Shown here one piece after another: positions 21,539 through 33,210 of a stretch of DNA of 64,000 nt. This stretch comes from Neocallimastix sp. 'constans'. Its lineage: Eukaryota. The notes beneath the pieces are model-generated. The model made no database searches, had not been told where the DNA came from, and was given only the letters and a program-made list of their open reading frames with translations. The position numbers and the translations under genes are program-made. The DNA is taken from NCBI GenBank assembly GCA_050613775.1, contig JBODTK010000157.1, positions 124,001 to 188,000 of the forward strand, given 5' to 3'. Each line of letters opens with the position of its first letter. Position 1 is the stretch's first letter.

Positions 21539-24500
21539 TTTTTTTTTTTTTTTTTTTTATAGCCGCAATTATTGCGAACTTTAATCTTTATTTATTTATT
21601 CTTATATAAAATACATGAATACTTTTAATTATAATAAAAAAAAAAATAAAAAAACACAGAATTAATAAAATAAATAAATAATATTTGTCCAATTTGAACA
21701 TAATAATAAATGAAATAGTAATGTGAAATAAAAGAGTTAATATTTAAAAATAAAGTGTATAAATAAATTCAGAAAAAAGTTCATAGGCAACGAACCTCAC
21801 CTTCTTATGGATTAGGGTTTGAATTTGAATTGTCTATCTGAAAAGAAATTATGGTCATCTTCCTTCAGAGGCATTGGACCTGCTAGCCTGTCTTACTGCA
21901 TTTTCAGCGTTGACGCTCCTGGTTAGTTTGCGCTTATACTTTCGGAAGAGTAACCCTTGCCGGGTCCTAGCCCGAGGCATAATTTCTGTAAAGAGAGCCG
22001 CAGATCGCACCAAGAACGGCGTTTTTGAATAATCACCAGAAATGATTTGGTTCTTAAACAAAATATTCAATTCCTTTTTATAATCTAAATCTATAATGTC
22101 TGCATCCCTTCCACCAAGAAGAAAGTTATATAATCGGTACCACGTCACATATATATTTACACACTCATTATTCAGAAAATTACTTAAATTACCACGATTT
22201 TCACCAATTGAACTATTCACTAAATTAGAAATAACAATATTATAATTTTCATTATCACTAATATTAATATTTCTATTTTCACTATCACTATTTCTACTAT
22301 TATTAACCATATTATTTCTATTGTTAATATTATTAATATTATACATTTCATTACTACTATCAGAATCAGAACTTTGTTCTATATTATTCATATCTGTGAT
22401 AACAGTGTCTACATTACTATTAGATATTGGACAATGTTTAGAAATAATATAAAATATCTCATAAAGAATTTCAAAATCCTTAAAATATTTCATTCGAAAT
22501 TCACGGAAAAGATAGCATTTAGAAAACCAATGTTCCAATCGAGGATTACTATTTTTTCTATAACAACAAGGACACCTTTCAGGACAGTCTTCTTCAATCA
22601 TTTTGGCGGCTTTGGCAACACGAGCATCGAATTTATATCCACATCTGGCACGAAGTACCCAATCGGAAGCCAATGCTAAATTCAGGATATTTATAATTTA
22701 GCTTAAGATACTCTCTAGTTTCCTCAAACTTATTATTTTTATAAGCCTTAGCTTTGATTGATTTTCTTGCCATATCTCTATCCCAATAAAAGTTTAAAAT
22801 ATAGCTTTTTTCTGATGGAAATTTACTTAATTTGTCAGCTAAAATTTTACTTTCTTTATCCCATGCATGACGTCTACAACGAGAAATATCTCTAAGTAAA
22901 TCAGAGATAATACATTTCGAGTTTTTCCATTTTTTAAAACACCTTACCTGAGCAATCGCACATTTCGCCGAAAAGAGGAGGAACGTTAAGTTCTTTAGAA
23001 ACACAATAAAGGGAAGTAAAGCTATTCCCTTTAGAAAATCCTTCAATCCAGTATAATCCTGAATTAACTAGTGTCTGTGTACTTCTCGTTCTATCTTTGT
23101 TAGATCCAAGTAGAGGTGCATAATATGAAACTTGACCAATTACAATAGCTGAAAATAACATTCTTTTATAAGGGATAGGAATATGAGGATTCTTAAGAAA
23201 TCCTTTTATGGAATAAAGTGCATTTCTAACTTTATTATTCATTCTCTGTATGATCGGTTTCAATTCTAAATCATTTGAAAATGGTACACCTAAGTAGGTA
23301 TAGCAATTCGTTTTAGAGTAACTCTTGACTTGAAAGATAGAAGGTAGGATTACTATTATAAAGAAAACTAGAAAATTCCCCTCGTACTACTAGACTGGCA
23401 CATTTATTGATACCAAATTGCATTTCATTATTTCTAGCCCATTTACTGGCAAACTTTAACAATTTTCTTAAGTTGGGATCTTGTGGGAGCACATAATACA
23501 ATGTCATCTGCAAAAAGACCTCCACAACAACGTTTATCATCAATAGAGATGCCATATTCATTACAATTATTAAAAATATCATTAATGAACAAGTTAAACA
23601 AAATTGGTGAGAGGGGACAATCTTGACGAACTCCTTTCTTAATATTATATGATTCCGATAACTGTCCATCAACTCTTACACAAGCCTTGGAAGATAAGTA
23701 TATGTTTTCAATAAATTTGTAGCACTTACCTCTAATACCTAAGTGATGGAATCTTTCATTTATGCATTATATATGGGAACTAAGTCATATGGCTTTTTTT
23801 AAGGTCCAAAAAATTCAAGGTAAGTATCCTTATTTTTTCAAATTTCTGTCTCTGACATATAATTCTTAATGTAGTGTAAAGATTAATACATTCTTCTTGA
23901 TTACGAAATCCATATTGTTCAGGTCTTATAAATCTTTTATCAATTCCTATATTTAGAGAAACTATTAGCGATGATTTTTTGTTATAATTTTTAATCCATT
24001 ATTGATAAGAGAGATGTCACGATAATTATTACAATCTGATGGATCGCCCTTTTTAAGAATAGAAACTATTGATGTGATTTTGGGAAATCACCATTTCAAA
24101 TACAATTGAATAAGGCTTTGAAACATTTAAAGCTAGATGAAATATTACTATTATTATCACTTGATCTTTCTGAATCATCTTTACAAGGAATCAAAGCTTT
24201 GAAGAATTCTCATTGGAATACCATCAGGACCACAAGCTATAAAGTTAGGAGTGGAGGAGATTGCTTCACTAATTTCTTCACCGCTTATATCTTGGTTAAT
24301 TTCCTCATTCTTGTTGCCTTGGACTTCCTAAATTCCTTAGTGCATCAGAATCTTTCCAGGAATCTTTAGAAAGACTATGACCTGAAGAATCCAGACCCTA
24401 AGAATTTAAAGTGAGAATGGCAAGCTTTTAATTTTTCATCTGTAGAAGAAACAATTTTCATTGTTAATGTTTTTAATAGAATGAGAGATCGTGAAAGATT

Positions 24501-25120
24501 GATTATTTATTTTTTGAATTCTTTTTTTTTTTTTATCCATTTCTATGCTTTCCTACTATCCTTTTTAAGAGCTAACGAACGTCCCAATTTTAATCCAATA
24601 TAAATATTCTTTTTTCCTAAATTTGTTACATTTTTTATGAATTGATTCACAAAGTCAGTTATACGAATCAACTATTTTAACTAATTCATTGGAATCATTT
24701 GTAGAAACATAATGCTTAATTTCTTCGTATTTAATATGTTTTACCTTTTGAAGACAAGACAATAAATTTTGGGTGGACATTCTAAACCATCGCTTTTCTG
24801 ATTTCTGTTGAAGATTGTAATCGATCAATCCTTAGTAATGGAATTACTAGCGTTAATTAACTTTTCAATTATACAATCTATTGAAAGTTCTTCATTTCCT
24901 ATTTCTTTACTAAGAATCTCAAATTTATTGTGATGACATATTTCTTTCTTTTGCTCAAGACATTTATACCTATCCCATCTTACAAATTTTCTTGGTAACA
25001 AAAATGATTCATCTGTGGTAAATTTCTTACAATAAACTATGAGAGGTTTATGATCAGATACAGAAGGATAATCAACACAATAAGCTCTTGATATTTTAAC
25101 CGGCATACTTGAATTGACTA
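21539..25120 (-). mobile_element. Long degenerate LINE ORF2 (end of APE endonuclease - RT - CCHC) with poly(A) tail
   Basis: DHALVN..YPSVSDHKPL (APE end), KGVRQDCPLSPILFNLFINDIFN, GGLFADDIVL, MQFGINKC, YTYLGVPF, CPCCYRKNSNPRLEHWFSKC; poly-T 21539-21558; many frameshifts. Confidence 0.92.
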
Positions 25121-25709
25121 ACGCATGATCCTTTCTTTTCTAGAAATATTTGTAGTTGGGAAGTGTTACTTTACATAGATTTCTAGCATCATAGGTACCA
25201 TTACCTGTTTTCCTGAAAAAACATAGGAATAATGGTTTTTTAAAATTGTATTGAAGTATTCTATCAATACTATCTCTTTTCAGAAAATTCCAATCCATTG
25301 GTATTCCAACTAAGACAAAAAAAAAAACTTTCCTATGTTTAGAATGTGAAAATGGAATTTTGAAAATTAAGATTAGGAATATTGGGAGCATTGAATCCAT
25401 GATTTGCCATTAATAACATTTACTAAATTCGTTGAACTGAGAACTTGCTGGAGTTTGTAATATTGTGTTATTAGATATTAAATTTTTGTTTTAAATGCTG
25501 AAAAAGAAACCTTATGATTCCATATGGAACATCTACAATATGAAATTTTAACCTGATATTATTTTTTCAAATACTTTTTTTTTTCAATTTTTACATGGTT
25601 TGAAATATGAAGTGTATACTTTTATCCTGAAGAAACTTTCAATGAATTTAGTATTTCTTTTCATTCTCAAAAATATTATACTTTAATTTTTTTCATCTAA
25701 AATGAATAA

Positions 25710-26800
25710 ATTTTTTTTTTTAAAACTAGGAAGAGAAGAAAATACACTTTCAGTGCTTTATTAAATAGATGATTTAATTTTTTTAAGTATTACATTTTTT
25801 AAAAAAAAAAATGCATTATACAATTTAAAGATAAAACAAATAAAATGTATGTAAAAGATTAAGTAAAATAAAAAAAAATTATAAAAAATAATAATAAAAA
25901 AGCAAATTTTAATTAATCAAAGAAAATTTAATGTAATATAATAAAGAATAAAAATGAGTTCAATAGTTAAAAAAAAATTTTTTCGGTGTGTTGTTTACTA
26001 TGTGTAGTAACATGAACACCAGTTAAATCTAAAATAATTAAAAAAGAAAGAAGTTAACATCTTTAAAATCGATAGTGTGATATCCACTAAACTCTCCCCT
26101 GAGCCACAAAAAAGATCATCACAAGTTGAATTACCTATTAGAGGTTTTTTATTTGGAACGATGCTGTTAGTTAATGTGTATTGATGAGAATTAACAAGAC
26201 TTCTAACTGCACTATTCCTTTGTCATATCGGTACGACATCGGCGCTCTTGGTAATGATAGGGTTTTTTTTTTTTTTTTTTGTTAAACCTCTCAAAAAAGT
26301 GAACTCAAGAGAGCTACTGACGATCGGTATTATCGGTATTATATTAGCAAGATATTCCAATAAGACCCACAATATACGGAGCGGTAGACCCCTTGTGAAC
26401 TTTTTTAAGGGTTGTTCACTTAAATGTCCCCATTCCCCAGTATCGAATTGTAGCTCATCTACAGCTGAAATTCCACCAAGAAGGAATATATAAATATACT
26501 TGTTTATGAAATTTTCATATTCTAAAACATTAGAATAAGAAGGATGCAAGGGAAAGATTCCTTACTTTATCAGCAAATAAAATGAATAAATCATCGATAA
26601 AATCTAAAGATGTACATCAACATTGAGAAAAGTAGAGCATTCAAATATTCAATGAATAAAAGATTGTTCACCATTTCCACAACAAGGGCAGAATTTAGGA
26701 CAATCGTCAGAAACTCTACCACTTCTAGTTGCAATAGTGGTATTATATTTGTAACAATATTTGGTAAGCAATACTATATTTTTAGATAACTATGGTTATG
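25710..26800 (-). mobile_element. LINE 3' fragment, related to the nested insert at 7448-7939
   Basis: CPKFCPCCGNGEQSFIH*IFEC, YIFLLGG, TKSADVVPI, shared 3' UTR motifs, short poly-T ~25710-25721. Confidence 0.85.
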
Positions 26801-27729
26801 GTTATATAATACTATTCAAAATTTACATTTTTAATGAAAATTAACAATAAAATAAAAAATTACTATACCTTTCACATTTTTTTAATATGCATTATATATA
26901 TATATCATTATTTCTTTCATATTTATATTATAATATAAAAAAAAAAATTTCAAAAACAATGAAATATATATTTTTTATTTATTTTTTATTTAAATATTTA
27001 TTGTTTTAATAATAATATTTATTAATTTAATTTTTTTTAAATATAATTTATTTTTACTTTTTAATTTTTTATTTATTTAATTTATTTTATTTTTATTTCT
27101 AATAATTTATTTAATTTAGTATAATTTAAATTATTCTTAATATATATGTGTGTTATTAATATATTTTTATATTTTAATATTATGTTTTTTATATTATTAT
27201 ATTTGTATATTTATATCTATTTTATATAATTATTATTTTTAAAATTTAAAATATATTTATTATATACATTTTAAATTTTGTTTTTTATATAATTTTTTTA
27301 TATTTCTATTCTATTATAATTTATTACTTTTTTTTAATTTATAGTTTTTTTTTCTTTTTCTTTTTTTTTTTTTTTTTTTTTAAAAAAAAATAAAACCTTG
27401 ATTTATAAATAAATATGAAAAATATATATATTTTTCTAATATACTTTTTTTTACAGTATATATTAAATTATATTAAATTAGTATAAATAATTTATATTTT
27501 CTTATTTTTTGTTATTTATATTTTTTTATAATTTTATATATATTTTTTCTATATTTACATATATATATATATTAATATATATATATATACTTTATCCTAT
27601 TTTATTTTTATTTTTATTATTATTTTATCTTTAAATTATTTTTATTTATTTTATCGTTTTTTTATTTTAATTTTAATTAAAATTTTTATTTTATTTTATT
27701 GTATTTTATATTTTAATATTAAATCCAAT

Positions 27730-30700
27730 TTAAAGACAACCATAGAATGGAACCCAGTCAATTTCAAGATTACCCTTGAAACTGTTAGCAATCATCTGTC
27801 CTTGAATATTTCCATTATTACCTTCAATATCAGCAAATGGAGCAAGAAGAGAACCTTCAATTCTGAAGTTTTTAATTTCGATCTTCTTGGCATTTGGAGC
27901 ATTCCAAAGAATTCTGGTATCATATTGATGTAACTTTGAAGTATCAAATCCAGTGAAAGTAACATTGTCAGATGTAATGTTGAAAACGATAGTAATCTCA
28001 TCGATATTAACTCCATTTTCATTAATTACAATTTCTTGAATTTGACTAAGGTTTTCAATAGTAATAACAAATATCTTTTGACCTGGAACTAAATCAACGA
28101 CAAGTCTACCAGATTCCTTAGTAACCTTAGCATTTTCATTCATATTTCCAACCTTTTGTGAAAGAGCTGTTAAAGATTGTTTTTCTTTTTCAAAATCAAT
28201 GAAAGAAGTTTGTTCAATTGAGCAGTTATGTCCTTCAATGGTTTCTTTAATAGTAGATGGAATATCAACACTATCTTGATAAGCAACACCACCATTAAGA
28301 ATTTCACCATTATCATGGAACTTAACAGAGCCAGCAACAATAGCAAATTGAACATCACCCTTCATATGATCATCATCACAATTATGATTAGAAATTTTGC
28401 TGTGAGCAACTGGGTCATAGGTGTAAGCACCACTTTGGTAACCTCCACTAATATCAACAGCACCCTTAGCAGCTAATCTACCTTGAACATCAGAACTGAT
28501 ACCAGTGAAATCTTCAAAGAAGAAAGCATTGAATGATTGAGCCATACCGAAAATTTCGGTAGAACATTCACCAGAAGGAGCTTGGGTTTGAGTAGTAGTG
28601 GTAGTAGTTGTGGCAGTAGCAACTGGAACAGTAGAAGTTTCAGTTAATTCAACTGGAGTCTCAATATCTTCTTCTTCAATAGTAGAAACTGGAGTTGAAG
28701 TTGGAACTTGCTTTGAAACAATTGGGATTGTTTTAGTAGCTCTAATAGTTATAATAGTTGGAAGTCCCTTGGTACTAAGAGTTGGTGGTTGCTTAGTAGT
28801 AGTTGGAAGACATTTAGTACCAACAGTTGGTGGTTGCTTAGTAATGGTTGGAAGTCCCTTGGTAGTAAGAACTGGTGGTTGCTTAGTAATGGTTGGAAGT
28901 CCCTTGGTAGTAAGAACTGGTGGTTGTTTAGTAATGGTTGGAAGTCCCTTGGTAGTAAGAACTGGTGGTTGTTTAGTTATGGTTGGAAGTCCCTTGGTAG
29001 TAAGAACTGGTAGTTGCTTAGTTATGGTTGGAAGTCCCTTGGTAGTAAGAACTGGTGGTTGTTTAGTAATGGTTGGAAGTCCCTTGGTAGTAAGAACTGG
29101 TGGTTGTTTAGTAATGGTTGGAAGTCCCCTGGTAGTAAGAACTGGTGGTTGTTTAGTAATGGTTGGAAGTCCCTTGGTAGTAAGAACTGGTGGTTGTTTA
29201 GTTATGGTTGGAAGTCCCTTGGTAGTAAGAACTGGTGGTTGCTTAGTTATGGTTGGAAGTCCCTTGGTAGTAAGAACTGGTGGTTGTTTAGTAATGGTTG
29301 GAAGTCCCTTGGTAGTAAGAACTGGTGGTTGTTTAGTAATGGTTGGAAGTCCCTTGGTAGTAAGAACTGGTGGTTGTTTAGTAATGGTTGGAAGTCCCTT
29401 GGTAGTAAGAGTTGGTGGTTGTTTAGTAATGGTTGGAAGTCCCTTGGTAGTAAGAGTTGGTGGTTGCTTAGTAGAAATCATTGGAGGTTGTTTAGTAGTA
29501 GTTGGAACAATAACTTCAGAGGATGAAACTTCTTCAGTGGTAATAATTTTTGGAATTATTACAGTAGAAGTAACAGTTACAACTGAAGTAGGAACCATCT
29601 TAGTAGAAGCAGTTGGAACAGAATAAACATCAGTAGTAATTTCAAGAGTTTCAGTTTCAGTAATATATTCGGTAATAGTAACTTCTTCAGCATCTGGAAT
29701 TGTTTCTGTTTCAGTAACTTCAGTAACTTCACCATCGAATGGAGTTTCAGTTTCATCTTCACTATCTGATCCAGTTTCAGTTTCAGTTACTATTTCATCA
29801 TTTATTTCATTATTTACTTCATCATCAATAATTTTGTATGAATCATCTTCAGTTATTTCATTTGAATTACTCATACCATCATTGCCATCGTTAATTTCAG
29901 TTTCAACTTCACTAATACCAGTGGCAGAAGCTTCACTTTCTTCTTCACTAATTTCATTTGCATTAGTTTTATTATCTTCTTCTTCTCCAATTTCAGCATC
30001 AGTTTCAACTTCATTAATACCAGTAGCAGCAGCTTCACTTTCTTCTTCACTAATTTCATTAGCATTAGTCTTATTATCTTCTTCTTCTCCAATTTCAGCA
30101 TCAGTTTCAACTTCATTAATACCAGTAGCAGCAGCTTCATTTTCTTCTTCACTAATTTCATTAGCATTAGTCTTATTACTTTCATTTTCACCAGCTTCAT
30201 CTTCATATCCAGAATCTTCTTCTTCATCAACCTTAGTTTCAGAAGCATCTAAAACTACTTCTTCTTCTTCTTCTTCTTCACTAATTTCATTAGCATTAGT
30301 CTTGTTGCTTTCACTTTCACCAGCTTCTTCTTCATATCCAGAATCTTCTTCTTCATCAACCTTAGTTTCAGAAGCGTCTAAAACTACTTCTTCTTCACTC
30401 TCTTCCTCAATCTTATCAGCAGCTGAAGTTTTAACTTTAGATTTAATTTCTTCATCATCAACAAAATAATCAATTTTACTTATAAGTTTTTTAGAGAAAT
30501 CAACTTCTTCAGTAGCTGGAGAAATCTTAACTTTAGAAGCATATTTAATAACAGTCTTAGTTTTGACGACTTTCTTAACAGGGTTAGTCTTTCTATTATT
30601 ACAATAACCAAAATCAGATTGGCAACCTCTTCCACAATAAGGTTCGGATTTACCACAATAGCCATGTTTACTACAGCATTGGCCATCTGGACAATTACCA

Positions 30701-30780
30701 TATTCTTTACCACATCTATTAGCAGTAGCTAAAGTTAAAAGTAATAAAGTAACGAATAAATATAAAGTATTTTTCATCAT
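27730..30780 (-). CDS. Secreted 1016-aa protein: signal peptide, CBM18 chitin-binding domain, acidic repeats, Thr/Pro repeats, C-terminal choice-of-anchor-A-like domain
   Basis: Single exon. RCGKEYGNCPDGQCCSKHGYCGKSEPYCGRGCQSDFGYC (8-Cys hevein/CBM18). C-terminal FNAFFFEDF..SDVQGRLAAKG...ILWNAPNA...GSLLAPFADI..GNIQGQMIANSF is typical of choice-of-anchor A. Confidence 0.92.
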   Translation of the reverse strand: MMKNTLYLFVTLLLLTLATANRCGKEYGNCPDGQCCSKHGYCGKSEPYCGRGCQSDFGYCNNRKTNPVKKVVKTKTVIKYASKVKISPATEEVDFSKKLISKIDYFVDDEEIKSKVKTSAADKIEEESEEEVVLDASETKVDEEEDSGYEEEAGESESNKTNANEISEEEEEEEVVLDASETKVDEEEDSGYEDEAGENESNKTNANEISEEENEAAATGINEVETDAEIGEEEDNKTNANEISEEESEAAATGINEVETDAEIGEEEDNKTNANEISEEESEASATGISEVETEINDGNDGMSNSNEITEDDSYKIIDDEVNNEINDEIVTETETGSDSEDETETPFDGEVTEVTETETIPDAEEVTITEYITETETLEITTDVYSVPTASTKMVPTSVVTVTSTVIIPKIITTEEVSSSEVIVPTTTKQPPMISTKQPPTLTTKGLPTITKQPPTLTTKGLPTITKQPPVLTTKGLPTITKQPPVLTTKGLPTITKQPPVLTTKGLPTITKQPPVLTTKGLPTITKQPPVLTTKGLPTITKQPPVLTTRGLPTITKQPPVLTTKGLPTITKQPPVLTTKGLPTITKQLPVLTTKGLPTITKQPPVLTTKGLPTITKQPPVLTTKGLPTITKQPPVLTTKGLPTITKQPPTVGTKCLPTTTKQPPTLSTKGLPTIITIRATKTIPIVSKQVPTSTPVSTIEEEDIETPVELTETSTVPVATATTTTTTTQTQAPSGECSTEIFGMAQSFNAFFFEDFTGISSDVQGRLAAKGAVDISGGYQSGAYTYDPVAHSKISNHNCDDDHMKGDVQFAIVAGSVKFHDNGEILNGGVAYQDSVDIPSTIKETIEGHNCSIEQTSFIDFEKEKQSLTALSQKVGNMNENAKVTKESGRLVVDLVPGQKIFVITIENLSQIQEIVINENGVNIDEITIVFNITSDNVTFTGFDTSKLHQYDTRILWNAPNAKKIEIKNFRIEGSLLAPFADIEGNNGNIQGQMIANSFKGNLEIDWVPFYGCL
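28751..29470 (-). repeat. Coding minisatellite, ~16 x 45 bp (KQPPVLTTKGLPTIT)
   Basis: Directly visible near-perfect tandem array. Confidence 0.97.
29890..30400 (-). repeat. Coding acidic tandem repeats (2 x ~42 aa and ~2.5 x 34 aa)
   Basis: EEEVVLDASETKVDEEEDSGY..NKTNANEIS twice; EEESEAAATGINEVETDAEIGEEEDNKTNANEIS repeated. Confidence 0.9.
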
Positions 30781-32649
30781 TTTTTCTTTTATTTTATAAT
30801 TTTTATTTTAATTTCTAATTTTATTTTATTTTATTTTATATTTTTATTTTAGTTTCTAATTTTATTTTATGTTATTTTATATTATATTTTATATTATATT
30901 ATTATTTTATTTTAAATTTTTATTTTTATTATTTTATGGATATTAATATTAATAAATTAAAATAATTGATATTATATTATTATATTAAACAAATAACAGT
31001 AATATATTAAAAGATTTTTGTTTTTAATAAATAAAAATAATTAAAAGTTGTTTTTTTTTTTTTATAATAAATAAAAATAAATAAATATAATTATAATTTT
31101 ATATACAATTTATTTACAAAAATAAATTTTTTTTTTTTATTTTTTTTTTTAAAACATAAACTATTATTTTAATAATAACTATATTTTCTAATAATATAAT
31201 TTATTATTATAATAATATTTATTTATATAATTTATAATTTAATATATTAAAATTTTATATTTTTTATTGGATTTAATATTTAATATTTTTTTAATTTGGT
31301 TTACTAAAACTAAAGCGAATCTTTGATCTTTATATACTTTCTTAAAAATACAATAAAGATAATAGAAATACATATTTCCTTTTTTTTTTTTTTTTTTTTT
31401 TTTGCTATATTGAAAAATAATGACATCTATCTTTTTACAGAATTAAATGCCGTCAAAAAAAAAAAAAAAAAAATTAATTAAAAAAAGAAATAATTAAATT
31501 AAATAGCGGTAATATTTGACCAAAAAAAAAAAAAACGGCAATTTAATTAATTTTTTTAAAAAAATTAATATTTTTTCATTTCATTTTTTTTTTTTTAATT
31601 AATTTTTTATTTTATATTATTTTACATTTAGATTAAAAAAAAAAAATTATAATGAACTTTTATATTTTAAATATTTATTATTGATTATTCTTTATTTTTA
31701 TTATCATTTATTTTTTTATTATTCTTTTTTTTTTTATTATCATTTATTTTTTTTATTATTCTTTATTTTTTTTATTATTTTTATTTTTTATTTTTTTATT
31801 TTTTAATTATTTTTATTTTTTATTATTCTTTTATTTTTTTCTTTAATAATTTTATTTTTATATTTAATATTAATTATTGATATTTTAATCATTTTATTCT
31901 ATTTTAATTATTTTATCTTTATTATTTTATTATATCTTAATATTTATTTTCCATTACTTTTATTTATTATTAATATTTATTAAATTTACTATTAATTAAA
32001 TTTACTATTTATTAAATTTTTTTTTTTTTTTATTTTTTCTGTTATAATTTTTATTATTGTTTAAAATTTACTATATTAGGATATATTATACCTTAACACA
32101 AATTTATTAAAAACATTTTTTGAAATGTATAAAAAATCTATAAAAATTATAAAAATTATAATTATTCTAATTAGATAAAAAAATAGATATAATAACTATA
32201 AAATAATGAATACTATTATGAAATAATTTAATACTATTATGAAATAATGAATACTATATGAAATAATTTAATACTATATAAAATAATACTATTATGAAAT
32301 AAAATAATGATCATCTTTAATTAATTTTTTTATATTTATTAAATTTTATGACTAAAATCAAAATAAATTTATAAATCTTCGAATAAAAATTTTTTAATAA
32401 AGGAGAATTAAAGAAATTAAATAAAATTATAATAAATAAACTTTTTTCTTTTTGATTTTTGTGAAATTAAAAATTAAATATAAATTAAATGGAAAATTCA
32501 AAATAAAAATTAAATAAATTTTTTTATAAATTTAATTAAACAAAATAAATTTAAAATAATTAAATAAATGAAAATGGAATATTATTATTTAATTATGAAT
32601 AATGTATAAAATAAAATGAAATGAAATATTATTAATTATATAATTAAAA

Positions 32650-33210
32650 ATAAATAAATAAATAATAATTAATAGTTAAATAAATAAATAATAATTAATT
32701 AATTAATAAATAATAATTGAATAAATAATTATTAATAGTTAAATAAATAAATAATAAATAATTAATTAATAAATAATAATTAAATAAATAATAATTGAAT
32801 AAATAATTATTAATAGTTAAATAAATAATAAATAATATTAATTAATAAATAATAATTAAATAAATAATAATTGAATAAATAATTATTAATAGTTAAATAA
32901 ATAATAAATAATAATTAATTAATAAATAATAATTAAATAAATAATAATTGAATAAATAATTATTAATAGTTAAATAAATAATAAATAATAATTAATTAAT
33001 AAATAATAATTAAATAAATAATAATTGAATAAATAATTATTAATAGTTAAATAAATAATAAATAATAAATAATTATTAATAGTTAAATAAATAATAAATA
33101 ATAATTAATTATTAATAGTTAAATAAATAATCATTCAATAAATAATAATTAATTATTAATAGTTAAATAATCATTCAATAAATAATAATTAATAATTGAA
33201 TAAATAATAA
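32650..33210. repeat. AT-rich minisatellite, ~78-bp period
   Basis: TTAATAGTTAAATAAAT anchor recurs at ~32732, 32810, 32887, 32965 and 33040. Confidence 0.85.

Noticed and set aside
25121..25700. Complex, coding-like stretch (ORF 25140-25400)
   Set aside because: No recognisable motif; probably a decayed element, but unassignable by eye.
28751..29470. Regular repeat array as a possible CRISPR
   Set aside because: No unique spacers; an in-frame coding minisatellite in a eukaryote.
28598..30469. Long plus-strand and alternative-frame repetitive ORFs
   Set aside because: By-products of the coding tandem repeats of the 27730-30780 gene.
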